From: Christensenellales bacterium
GTDB lineage: Bacteria > Bacillota > Clostridia > Christensenellales > CAG-138
Reading direction: 5' to 3'
Length of the DNA stretch: 64,000 bases
Assembly (NCBI GenBank): GCA_040767925.1
Contig: JAXGNN010000001.1
Span: 1,486,888 to 1,550,887, forward strand
Part shown: positions 8,781-17,172 of the stretch, one piece after another
Position numbering within the stretch: the stretch's first letter is position 1
How the letters are laid out: each line of letters begins with the position of its first letter
The notes under the pieces: generated by a model
Seen by the model: only the letters and a program-made list of their open reading frames with translations
Database searches by the model: none
What the model was told of the DNA's origin: nothing
Program-made: the position numbers and the translations under genes

Positions 8781-9332
8781 TTACGGCTTCCCGAAGTATT
8801 CCCGCAAAATCCGCACAGCCTCCCCGCGCAGCACGCCGCCCGTCACTTTTGGCGCCACAGGGCTTAATTTGAAAATGAGGCTGCTGCACTCGTTTGGCGC
8901 AAAGCCCCGGATGGCGCAGTAGTCGCTGTCGTACGCGCCGAACACGAGCCGTCCGAGCTTCGCCCAGACGACGGCGCCCGCGCACATGAAGCAGGGCTCG
9001 CAGCTCGAGTAGAGCGTGCAATCGGAAAGATCGGCCTTGCCGCTCGCGGCGCAGTAGTCGCGGACGAGCCCGATTTCGGCGTGGTAGGTCGGGTCGCTGT
9101 GCGTGTGGATGCGGTTCTTGCCCGCGGCGAGGATTGCCCCGCCCTTCACCAGCACCGCGCCGAAAGGCTCGTCGCCGTCCCGCGCGGCCTTCCCCGCCGC
9201 CCGTGCTATAGTGAGCCGTGCATCCGCGCATGAAAACCGACGGGAGGCCTTATGACAACCGAAGAATTCTGGTCCGAATTTTTGCGGAAAACGGGCAGGG
9301 ACGCCGCCACGCGCTATTTCGAGTGCTTCCAT
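8781..9332 (-). CDS. CMP/dCMP-type zinc deaminase (guanine/tRNA-adenosine deaminase-like); start codon unresolved
   Basis: HAE...CEPCFMCAGA motifs, PFGAVLV core. There is no ATG/GTG/TTG in frame near the expected start (about 9230). The first in-frame ATG is at 9332, which overlaps the divergent ASCH gene by 81 nt. Confidence 0.65.
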   Translation of the reverse strand: MEALEIARGGVPARFPQKFGPEFFGCHKASRRFSCADARLTIARAAGKAARDGDEPFGAVLVKGGAILAAGKNRIHTHSDPTYHAEIGLVRDYCAASGKADLSDCTLYSSCEPCFMCAGAVVWAKLGRLVFGAYDSDYCAIRGFAPNECSSLIFKLSPVAPKVTGGVLRGEAVRILREYFGKP

Positions 9333-9704
9333 TTTGAATTGAGCGAGAAGTGGGCGAACGAGCTGCTGCGCCTCGTCCTCATCGGGCAAAAGCGGGCGAC
9401 GGCGAGCAGCCTTTTCGCGTTTGAAAAGGAAAGCGGCAGGCTGCCCAAGGCCGGGGATTTGAGCATCGTGACCGACTGGGAGGGGAACCCGCGCTGCGTG
9501 ATCGAGACCACGGCCGTGACGATACTGCCGTTTCGCGAGATGACGTTCGACATCTGCAGCCGCGAGGGCGAGGATGAGAACCTCGAATCCTGGCGCGAAG
9601 GGCACACGCGTTTTTTCACGAAAGAGGGGGAAGAATTGGGCTACGCGTTCTCCGAAGATATGCCGGTCGTGTTCGAGGACTTCAAGGTGGTCTATTCGGT
9701 TTGA
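9252..9704 (+). CDS. ASCH domain protein
   Basis: 150 aa, GGGAGG SD. ANELLRLVLIGQKRATASS motif typical of ASCH/YqfB-like proteins. Confidence 0.7.
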   Translation: MTTEEFWSEFLRKTGRDAATRYFECFHFELSEKWANELLRLVLIGQKRATASSLFAFEKESGRLPKAGDLSIVTDWEGNPRCVIETTAVTILPFREMTFDICSREGEDENLESWREGHTRFFTKEGEELGYAFSEDMPVVFEDFKVVYSV

Positions 9705-10111
9705 GCGGCGTCCGGCCGCTTCGCTTTGACAGCTTTCCGCTCCCGCTGTTCCTTGCGCCGCGCGCGCTGCGTTTCCTTTCTGATTAAGACCTCAGCCTTC
9801 CATTTCTCCATGAGGTCGCAGTCGAATTCCCGAAACTCCACCTCGGGCAGGGAGACGGTCAGCTCATCCTCGGCTGCGTCGTCGCGGTTGAGCAGCGGAT
9901 GCAGCCTGTTGATGTAGTAGATTTCATAGAGGTACATGTCCGCGCAGGTCGCGAATTCCGCGCACTCGATGCGCGTCACGCGGAAAATATCGACGGCCTT
10001 GTGCAGCCGTTTCTTGAAGAAGTGCCCGCGCAGCCTGCGCTTGAGCGGCTGCCGCGTGCGACCCAGGTACGCGAGCGCATCGCCGTAATAGATTTTATAG
10101 AGCGTGAACAA
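9692..10111 (-). CDS. GIY-YIG nuclease superfamily protein
   Basis: YKIYYGDALAYLGRT...LYEIYYINRLHPLLN matches the GIY..YIG core layout. Basic C-terminal tail. Confidence 0.6.
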   Translation of the reverse strand: MFTLYKIYYGDALAYLGRTRQPLKRRLRGHFFKKRLHKAVDIFRVTRIECAEFATCADMYLYEIYYINRLHPLLNRDDAAEDELTVSLPEVEFREFDCDLMEKWKAEVLIRKETQRARRKEQRERKAVKAKRPDAAQTE

Positions 10112-10658
10112 CCTGAATTTCTCCTTCGCCCGAGAGCGCGATCCAGTACCGTTCGAGACAGATGCCTTCCGCTTCGCAAAAAACCGTGCTCTCGTATGCG
10201 CCGCCGTTGGCGAGGATCGTCCTTCTGCTGCCCTCGTTCCCCTCGATGCAGGTGACGAGGACGCGATTCATCCCGCGCGCCCCGCAAACCTTCAGGCAAT
10301 CGGCGAGCATCCTTTTGGCATAGCCTTTTCTTCTTTCCCCCGGCCGCACGGAATAGCCGATATGGCCGCCGCATTGTTCGAGGAACGCGTTGAAGTAATG
10401 GCGAAGCTGAATCATGCCCACGATTCGGCCGTCCGCCTCGCGCACGTAGACGAACTGTTCGGAAGTCACCCAGTTTTCGGGAACCGTTTCACGGTCTTCC
10501 AGCTTACGGTTGAATTCCAGCCATTCGGCGGCGCTCTCCATGCGCCGTAAAGGGCCCGCGCCGTCCAGGGAGCTTCCCCCGTCCAGCATTTCCTTGCGGA
10601 ACGAGAGGATTTCCCGCTCAAAAGAAGTATCGGGCTTTATCAGAAAGCATTCGTCCAT
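10095..10658 (-). CDS. GNAT family N-acetyltransferase
   Basis: RIVGMIQLRH...VRPGERRKGYAKRMLADCL (acetyl-CoA binding Q/RxxGxG/A-like motif). Confidence 0.75.
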   Translation of the reverse strand: MDECFLIKPDTSFEREILSFRKEMLDGGSSLDGAGPLRRMESAAEWLEFNRKLEDRETVPENWVTSEQFVYVREADGRIVGMIQLRHYFNAFLEQCGGHIGYSVRPGERRKGYAKRMLADCLKVCGARGMNRVLVTCIEGNEGSRRTILANGGAYESTVFCEAEGICLERYWIALSGEGEIQVVHAL

Positions 10659-10703
10659 GCAACCTCCTCGCCGAGCCGATCGGCCGTCTTTCTGCGCGGA
10701 TTC

Positions 10704-11168
10704 TTAGTCCGCGCATTCCGGGTCCCCCGCCTCCTCGTTCCCCAAATATACCCGATGCGGCTTCCCTTCATAAAGGTTCATGATCTGCCTGCGAAGCTTC
10801 GAGGGATATAGGGGCTGGGCGTTGAGCGTTTTGATATCGAGCCAGTCGAAGCCAATCTGATTCATATCGCCATGCAATGCCGCGCCGGGGATTTCCCCGA
10901 TATATTCGCACAGGAACACGAGATCCACCCGGTGAAAGCGCTCGCCCCGGACGCCCTCGACGACGAACGCCAGTTCCCCGGGCGCAACCAGGATCCCCAG
11001 TTCCTCGGCGACCTCGCGGCAGGCAGCTTCGGGAAGAAGCTCCTCCGCCTCCTGTCCTCCGCCGGGCATGATATACCACGTTTCGCCGTTCTCCCGCACC
11101 TTCACCGCGAGCATTTTGCCGTCTTTGATGACTAGGGCTTTCGCGGAATTCCTGATCGGTCGGCTCAT
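10704..11168 (-). CDS. NUDIX hydrolase
   Basis: NUDIX box GGGQEAEELLPEAACREVAEELG. Confidence 0.85.
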   Translation of the reverse strand: MSRPIRNSAKALVIKDGKMLAVKVRENGETWYIMPGGGQEAEELLPEAACREVAEELGILVAPGELAFVVEGVRGERFHRVDLVFLCEYIGEIPGAALHGDMNQIGFDWLDIKTLNAQPLYPSKLRRQIMNLYEGKPHRVYLGNEEAGDPECAD

Positions 11169-11368
11169 CGGCGGCTCTCCTGTTCTGCGTCATGTTCGCC
11201 GAAAAAGTTCCGGCTGTTACACAATATGGCTTTCCATGATTATAACACCCTTTTCGGCGGGGAAAAAGACAGGGCTGTTTTTGGCGGGAAGGCATGCCGT
11301 ATTCGTTCGTTACTGCCGCCCGTCGCGCGCTTGCGATTCCGGCCGCGGCCTCGCCGCGCGATAACGTT

Positions 11369-11390
11369 AAAAACGATCCGCTTTGCGGAT
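11369..11390 (-). terminator. Intrinsic terminator of the XRE-TPR gene
   Basis: On the - strand, ATCCGC aaa GCGGAT followed by TTTTT, immediately after the stop. Confidence 0.65.
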
Positions 11391-11393
11391 AGA

Positions 11394-12314
11394 TCACCTG
11401 CTGCTCGCCAGGAGCTTTTCAATGTGCTCTAAGGGCATATCCGTTTCATGGTCTCGATACCAATCGTTTTCGCGATGCCACCTCACGATGCGCTGCCATG
11501 CGTCGATTGCTTCCTGTTTACGCTCCAGCTTTTCCAACAAAAGTGCCGCCGAATACAGGCACGATATTTGTTTTGGGTTATCAACATAAGCTTTCTCCCA
11601 ATAGACAAAGGCGTCGTCATAAAGACCTAGCTTTCCGCACAGGTCACCGGCAAGCGTAAACGTGCAGCCATTGCCTCCGAACCGATTCAACACCTGCCTG
11701 GCGATTTCCCACGCATCCTGTGTTTTGTCGGATTGCATATAGGCCAGAGAAAGCAAATAGTAGCTCCGCCAGTTGCTCGGTTCTTCGTTCACTTTTCGCG
11801 CGTACCGGGCAATGCATTCTTCATAACGACCGCGCCAGCACAGCAAGTTGATGAGGTTCGCATGTGCAAAATAATAGTTTTCATCCCGTGTCCGCTCCCC
11901 AAACGCCAGCGCATTTTCATATAGCTTTTCTGCTTTTTCAATGCTGCTGATTCCGCGATAAGCAAACAGAACGGCATAATCATGCAGATCTTTTGTCGTC
12001 ACGCTCCCCGCCAGGATCACCTTGTCATAAGCATCCAGCGCAGCCGCAAAGTCTTCGTCGCGATGAGTGCATGAGTATCGCGTCAGCAATTTTGCGCGGG
12101 ATTCATACTCATCCGATGTGAACAGCGCATCGATGCTGACCCTGAAACACTGTGCGATAGCGGGTAACAGCTGTATGTCCGGACAGCATACCCCCGCCTC
12201 CCACTTCGAAACGGCCTGATTGGACACGCCGATCAATGACGCGAACTTTTCCTGCGTCATGTTGTTTTTCTTGCGCAAATGAGCGATTTGCTCGTTCAGA
12301 TGAAACCCGTTCAT
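11394..12314 (-). CDS. XRE HTH + tetratricopeptide-repeat regulator (RRNPP-like architecture)
   Basis: N-terminus LRKKNNMTQEKFASLIGVSNQAVSKWEAG. The rest is helical repeats with TPR-like A/Y/W spacing. GC is visibly lower than in the neighbours. Confidence 0.75.
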   Translation of the reverse strand: MNGFHLNEQIAHLRKKNNMTQEKFASLIGVSNQAVSKWEAGVCCPDIQLLPAIAQCFRVSIDALFTSDEYESRAKLLTRYSCTHRDEDFAAALDAYDKVILAGSVTTKDLHDYAVLFAYRGISSIEKAEKLYENALAFGERTRDENYYFAHANLINLLCWRGRYEECIARYARKVNEEPSNWRSYYLLSLAYMQSDKTQDAWEIARQVLNRFGGNGCTFTLAGDLCGKLGLYDDAFVYWEKAYVDNPKQISCLYSAALLLEKLERKQEAIDAWQRIVRWHRENDWYRDHETDMPLEHIEKLLASSR

Positions 12315-12630
12315 AGGACGATTCTCCTTTTCCGGTTATAGGCACAATTCTATTTTTGCAGATTTTCCATGGACAGGCAACAGCGCATCGGTTTGAAACC
12401 ATCCAACCTGCCGTTGATAATCGCCATACCTTGACCGTAGCCGACAGGGTACAAAAGGCGTCGGTTTGCGCCGATCTGCCGGAGTGATCGATGGCGTTGC
12501 TGCGTATCAACTTTTTGTGCGCAGACATTCAACTTTCCAGCCTTAATAGCCGAATGTCCCATGCGCCGTTTGCTCCCGGCGGAGTCGGCTCTCCCATACT
12601 CGTGAATTTTTATGCTGTTTTATAAGTTAA

Positions 12631-12660
12631 AGCCCAGAAAAACAGATGTTTTTCTGGGCT
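12631..12660. terminator. Strong hairpin, possible bidirectional terminator
   Basis: AGCCCAGAAAAAC agat GTTTTTCTGGGCT, perfect 13-bp stem. Confidence 0.5.
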
Positions 12661-12792
12661 TCGGCGTTCCCGACGATTCGGGCGCGGCCTTTCGCTTGGG
12701 AGGCGGACGCGCTATCCTGCTGAACCGCAAGCGCATCTCAGTTCCCCCTCACGGATTAAGCCGGCGGTCTTTCTTACATAATCAGCGGTTTC

Positions 12793-12966
12793 TCAGATCC
12801 ATTTATACCCGCAGCACGGGCAACTCGTCGCTACGGGTCCGTTGGCCGGCAAGTAGTAGAGATACTTGCAGACCGGGCACCGAAAGGGGTCGTCGGCGCC
12901 GCCCGCCGCTTTCTCGACGGCTTCATCCGTCAGCTCCACGTTAACGTCCTTTTTTTCTTCGCTCAT
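12793..12966 (-). CDS. 57-aa peptide: acidic leader ending in GG, then a CxxC...CxxC zinc-ribbon core (not in ORF track)
   Basis: GGAGGG SD 6 nt before ATG. MSEEKKDVNVELTDEAVEKAAGG ADDPFRCPVCKYLYYLPANGPVATSCPCCGYKWI. Confidence 0.55.
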   Translation of the reverse strand: MSEEKKDVNVELTDEAVEKAAGGADDPFRCPVCKYLYYLPANGPVATSCPCCGYKWI

Positions 12967-13391
12967 GGTTTTCCCTCCTTTTTAGTTGCGCTGCGCGCTG
13001 CCCGCCGGCGCCCCGGCATCGGCTCGCATGTTATTGGGCGTTTTCCTCTTCTGCTCTCAAGATGCATTATAGCAAATCGCATTCGGGGACGCATATTGTA
13101 CTTAAGTACATTTTTACACTGTTTCGAAGGTGGATGCGAAGGAACCGCCGGCAGAAATTTTCATCGCATTAGCAAACCGGGAGGGACGCCGAGGAAAAGA
13201 AGAACGCCGAAAACCCAGTATAATCAGCCCAATCACCGCAATATGAACTGGCCAAAGGCTAGTGGACAAAAAAGTATGAATCGCCTCTGCGAGTAGAATG
13301 GCGTCGCATCGAAATGGGGAGTACCGCGGGATTTCTCATTGTACTCCCTGTTTTGTTTTGCTGTGCAGCTCACGGCCGGGATGTGTCGCCG

Positions 13392-13622
13392 CTACTCAAC
13401 ACCGGCATAATCGATGACGATCTTTTGGCACGCAGTACAGTGATAGGCCTCCGCCGCACCCCCATCGAATGGGCCGCTGCTCGGCGCCAGCCTAACAGAA
13501 TGCTGGAATAGCGGGGGGATTGCGGCAACCGCTCTTTTTTTCTCACACCAAAAAACACCGTCGCGGCATTGAACATAGCCCGACGCCATCTCGCGGCCGC
13601 AATAAGGGCATTGTTTGCCCAT
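13392..13622 (-). CDS. Small zinc-ribbon protein (76 aa)
   Basis: GGGGAGG SD. MGKQCPYCGREMASGYV...HCTACQKIVIDY (CxxC...CxxC). Confidence 0.6.
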   Translation of the reverse strand: MGKQCPYCGREMASGYVQCRDGVFWCEKKRAVAAIPPLFQHSVRLAPSSGPFDGGAAEAYHCTACQKIVIDYAGVE

Positions 13623-13774
13623 GCTAAGACCTCCCCGTTTTTTTCATGATTATATCATGGCAGAGCTTAATTGTGCATGAAACGAGCGGGCTTTGAATGG
13701 GGATTCTTCTTTGCGCAAGCCCAAGGGATTATTATTACATTGCGCAGGCCTCGCAGTTTTCGCCGGTAGCAATG

Positions 13775-13848
13775 TGTTAGCAAAAGCGCGGCAAAAACCC
13801 GCCTGTTAGCAAAGCAGGAAGGGCACACGGAGCGACTGTTAGCAAAAG
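13775..13848 (+). repeat. Three direct copies of TGTTAGCAAA(A)G
   Basis: Copies at 13775-13786, 13804-13814 and 13837-13848 (spacing 29 and 33 nt), in non-coding DNA just outside the tRNA-like fragment. Confidence 0.6.
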
Positions 13849-13977
13849 GGAAGCACTCGATAAAAAATGGAACCGGAAGGGCGAACGATATGGGCTTTAA
13901 GCGAGAAACAAACTTCCAAAAGCAAAGAACTGAAAACGCATTAGAAATACTCGATTCCCAAGGTTTTCAGCCCTTTC

Positions 13978-14033
13978 TGGCGCGCCTGAACGGATTCGAA
14001 CCGGTGGCCTCACGCTTAGGAGTTAAGCGTGTA
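13978..14033 (-). other. tRNA-Arg(CCU)-like 3' half (anticodon loop to CCA); putative att remnant marking the ICE end
   Basis: The - strand reads CTCCTAA / GCGTG / AGGCC / ACCGG TTCGAAT CCGTT / CAGGCGC / G / CCA with exact tRNA segment lengths. There is no matching 5' acceptor strand or D-arm upstream. An extra TTAA sits between CACGC and the loop. Confidence 0.5.
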
Positions 14034-14321
14034 GTCTCCCGTTTAGCGCACACGCCTCATGCCATACAAGACAACCCGCTATTTTAGGGACTTTTTGAGG
14101 TAGTGAGTCCCACAGCTTCAATCGAAAAACACCTCAACGCAGGCTCTAAAACTCGTCCCGCTTTGCAAGCATTTAGCAAGGGCAATCTGAAAAGGCGAGT
14201 GTACTACCACTAAAACAGGACTGTTTCGCCCCACCCAATCGCACAGAAACAAAAGAAGCTCTCATAGTTGGAGCTTCTTTTTGTATATAGAGAATAGTTT
14301 TGTTATTTGCCAATATGAAAA

Positions 14322-14349
14322 GAAACCGTCTGTTATTTCAAACGGTTTC
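14322..14349 (-). terminator. Intrinsic terminator of the NADAR gene
   Basis: - strand GAAACCGT ...12-nt loop... ACGGTTTC followed by TTTTC. Confidence 0.6.
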
Positions 14350-14380
14350 ATCTTGATTTATTCAACGTCGGAGACATTCA

Positions 14381-14896
14381 TTAATTGGCTTTGTGATGCT
14401 TGTATTCAACCATTTTCCTCGTAAGGTCTGAGCGTACAGCCTGTAATGTGAATCCGAGAAGGTTTTGCCCTTTCCACTTATTTGGGTTTGCGACATCGGG
14501 ATCAGATATTCCGAGGCCGATACCCCATACTTTGTCAGAGCGAGAACACTCAACGGGTGTTGCTGTTCCGGTGGTTATTAGCCGTCCGCACAAATCTGGG
14601 TTTTGACCAAACTTCGCCATGAGCGCATGGTACACGATAAGTTGTTTGCAACCGTCCCATTCGACAGGCGTGAAATTGGCTACCCCGCGTCCTAACACCT
14701 GCATTTCCTTTGGATCATTTGTTTGCATGATCTTCTTTGCAGAAGCGAAATCAGCAGACAAGAGCGCTTTATGCTCCATCATATACTGCTCAGCGCAACA
14801 ATATGTTTTGTCGTCGATCGTAAAATCGCGCATATACCAGTTGCTCATGTATCCATTTTCATCGTTTGGATTATGAAAGTATATGAAGTGAAACAT
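14381..14896 (-). CDS. NADAR (YbiA/DUF1768) family protein
   Basis: AGGAGG SD 7 nt before MFHFIYFHNP. Motifs GYMSNWY, CCAEQYMM..KA, VWGIGL. Confidence 0.8.
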   Translation of the reverse strand: MFHFIYFHNPNDENGYMSNWYMRDFTIDDKTYCCAEQYMMEHKALLSADFASAKKIMQTNDPKEMQVLGRGVANFTPVEWDGCKQLIVYHALMAKFGQNPDLCGRLITTGTATPVECSRSDKVWGIGLGISDPDVANPNKWKGQNLLGFTLQAVRSDLTRKMVEYKHHKAN

Positions 14897-15108
14897 TGCT
14901 TGCCTCCTTTGGGCTATATACCTATGCAAGATTACAGTATCATCAGCAAATCTTTCTAATAATTATATGGCTTCTGCCAAAAACAAACAAGATGTTGTCT
15001 GTTATGAAATCAAAAATGTAAACATATCCGATTACCAACCATTACATAGGGCTAAATCGCATGAGCATTTATGCGGTATAGCCTGAAAAACGAAAAGGAG
15101 GAAAGCCA

Positions 15109-15924
15109 ATGACCAAAGTAATCTCATGCGCCCATGAAAAAGGCGGTGTTGGAAAGACGACGACCACCGTAAACTTGGGTGTAGGTCTTGCAAGACAGGG
15201 AAGGAAAGTCTTGCTCATCGACGCTGACCCGCAGGGCGATCTATCAAAATGCCTCGGCATTGAAAATCCCAATGCGGAACGGAATACCCTCGCAACGGCA
15301 ATGAACGGCATTATCATGGAGGACGATTTCTCGCCTATGGATATGGTGTGTCACCATAATGAGGGCGTGGACTTTGTTCCCGCCAACAGCCAGCTTGCCA
15401 CGGTTGAAGTGTCGCTCGTCAATTCCATGTCCCGCGAACAGGTCATGCGCCAGTATGTCGGCATGATTAAGAAGCAATACGACTATGTAATTATCGACTG
15501 CCGCCCCTCGCTTGGTCTGACTGTCATCAATGCGTTGACGGCATCGGACAGCATCATCATCCCCGTGCAGGCGCATATCCTCGCAGCGGGCGATATGGAG
15601 CCGCTGTTCAAAACCATCGGTCGGGTAAAGCGGCAGCTTAATCCCAATCTGAAAATTGACGGTATCGTTATGACTATGGTAGATAACCGTACCAACCTTG
15701 GGAGGAATACCGTCAAAGCCGTGCGCGACAATTACGGAAACCTTGTTCGGGTATTCGATACGGAGATACCCTTTGCCGTCCGTGCCGCAGAAGTGCCGGA
15801 AAAAGGGCAAAGTATTTATGCGTATGACCCAAACGGAAAGGTCGCACAGGCATACGAAAATCTGACGCGGGAGGTAATCGAAATTGGAGCAAAGCAGAAA
15901 ACCAAAGATAACGACGCTCGATGA
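15109..15924 (+). CDS. parA: ParA/Soj-type partition ATPase
   Basis: AAGGAGG SD. Deviant Walker [25 protein letters not shown]. Confidence 0.9.
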   Translation: MTKVISCAHEKGGVGKTTTTVNLGVGLARQGRKVLLIDADPQGDLSKCLGIENPNAERNTLATAMNGIIMEDDFSPMDMVCHHNEGVDFVPANSQLATVEVSLVNSMSREQVMRQYVGMIKKQYDYVIIDCRPSLGLTVINALTASDSIIIPVQAHILAAGDMEPLFKTIGRVKRQLNPNLKIDGIVMTMVDNRTNLGRNTVKAVRDNYGNLVRVFDTEIPFAVRAAEVPEKGQSIYAYDPNGKVAQAYENLTREVIEIGAKQKTKDNDAR

Positions 15925-16837
15925 GCTATTTGGCATTACCGAAAGCACACCGAACAGCATACCGAGCGGTGCGGAATATGTGCAGGAGATTCCCATTGAC
16001 GAAATCAGTGACTTCCCCGACCATCCGTTCAAGGTAAGGCAAGATGAAGCCATGATGAATATGACGGAGAGTATTCGAGAAAACGGCGTCCGTCAACCCG
16101 CAATCGTGCGTCCCATGCCGGAGGGCGGGTATCAAATGATTTCGGGGCATAGGCGAAAAGCGGCTTGTACAGCAATCGGCAAGTTGACTATTCCCGCTGT
16201 TGTACGCGAAATGACCGATGATGAAGCGGTTATCTGCATGGTGGAGGCAAATCATCAGCGAGAAAACATCTTGCCGAGTGAACGCGCCTTTTCGTACAAA
16301 ATGCAGCTTGAAGCCATGAAGCGCCGTGCTGGACGACCTTCTAAAAATGCGTCGCCATTGGCGACTAATTCTGCGATTGGACGTTCTGATGAAGAACTGG
16401 CGAAGTCTGTGGGCGAGGGCAAAGACAACATTCGCAGGTATATTCGCTTAACGGAGCTTATTCCGCCACTTCTTCAGATGGTCGATGACAGTAAAATTGC
16501 TTTCCGCCCCGCTGTTGAACTGTCATATATTCCGCATGAGCTTCAAACCGAACTGCTTGACGTTATCGAATCCAACGAATGCACGCCTTCGCTTTCACAG
16601 GCGCAGCGCATGAAACAGGCGGCACAGGAAGGCAAGCTCGATAGGAACGCTATGGAGCTTGTCATGCAGGAGGAAAAGCCGCAGCAGAATAATATCACGA
16701 TTAAAAGCGATAAGCTCTCCAAATACTTTCCAAAGGAAGCTACTCCCCGAGAAAAGGAAGAAATGATTATTAAGGCGCTCGATTACTACTGCAAGGTGCA
16801 GGAGCGCAAGCGGCAAGAGCGCGAATACGAACGGTAA
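15884..16837 (+). CDS. parB: ParB/Spo0J-like nuclease-domain protein
   Basis: TTG start after GGGAGG. ParB-N motif QPAIVRP...ISGHRRKAAC. C-terminal helical region. Ends ...RKRQEREYER. Confidence 0.85.
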   Translation: MEQSRKPKITTLDELFGITESTPNSIPSGAEYVQEIPIDEISDFPDHPFKVRQDEAMMNMTESIRENGVRQPAIVRPMPEGGYQMISGHRRKAACTAIGKLTIPAVVREMTDDEAVICMVEANHQRENILPSERAFSYKMQLEAMKRRAGRPSKNASPLATNSAIGRSDEELAKSVGEGKDNIRRYIRLTELIPPLLQMVDDSKIAFRPAVELSYIPHELQTELLDVIESNECTPSLSQAQRMKQAAQEGKLDRNAMELVMQEEKPQQNNITIKSDKLSKYFPKEATPREKEEMIIKALDYYCKVQERKRQEREYER

Positions 16838-16888
16838 TGCCTTTGCTGATGAGCAGGGCGTTATTTTTATGCCCCGAATCACAAGGAG

Positions 16889-17110
16889 GTGGTCACTATA
16901 CTTTTCACAAAGGGCAAGCATATACAGTACGAGAGCTTGATGAAGGAGCAGCCGGGGTTTGGCGGCAACCGCCATGCTGGACGCAAAATACAGAAAGACA
17001 AGACAATCCAATTTGCGACTGCGGAGAATAAGGACTGTCCGTACTGCCTGTATTACTTGAAGAAAGGTAAGCGGTGTCAATACGACAAGTGCATCGTATT
17101 CGATGAATAA
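16889..17110 (+). CDS. Small Cys-containing hypothetical protein; start uncertain
   Basis: Track ORF of 73 aa with CPYCLYY...CQYDKC. The AAGGAGG at 16883-16889 sits on the GTG start, so the real start may be the ATG at 16940. Confidence 0.3.
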   Translation: MVTILFTKGKHIQYESLMKEQPGFGGNRHAGRKIQKDKTIQFATAENKDCPYCLYYLKKGKRCQYDKCIVFDE

Positions 17111-17172
17111 CATTACCCACCAAGGGGGCAATCCGCCCTTTCATATAAGAACACATCATTGAGCCTATCTCT

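Noticed and set aside
8137-9231. 364-aa minus-strand ORF
   Set aside because: It is an Arg/Gly-rich antisense translation of the NYN/LOTUS gene and an out-of-frame read of the deaminase gene. It has no family motifs.
12793-12966. Calling the 57-aa GG-leader peptide a bacteriocin/RiPP precursor
   Set aside because: The window contains no C39-peptidase ABC exporter, immunity gene or modification enzyme. The CxxC...CxxC core is equally well explained as a cytoplasmic zinc ribbon. It is kept only as a hedged finding.
13978-14056. Calling an intact tRNA gene
   Set aside because: Only the anticodon-loop-to-CCA portion fits tRNA geometry. The 76 nt ending at the CCA contain no 5' acceptor strand complementary to CAGGCGC and no D-arm. 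The hairpin loop as it stands (AACTCCT on a 7-bp stem) lacks U33 and a purine at position 37.
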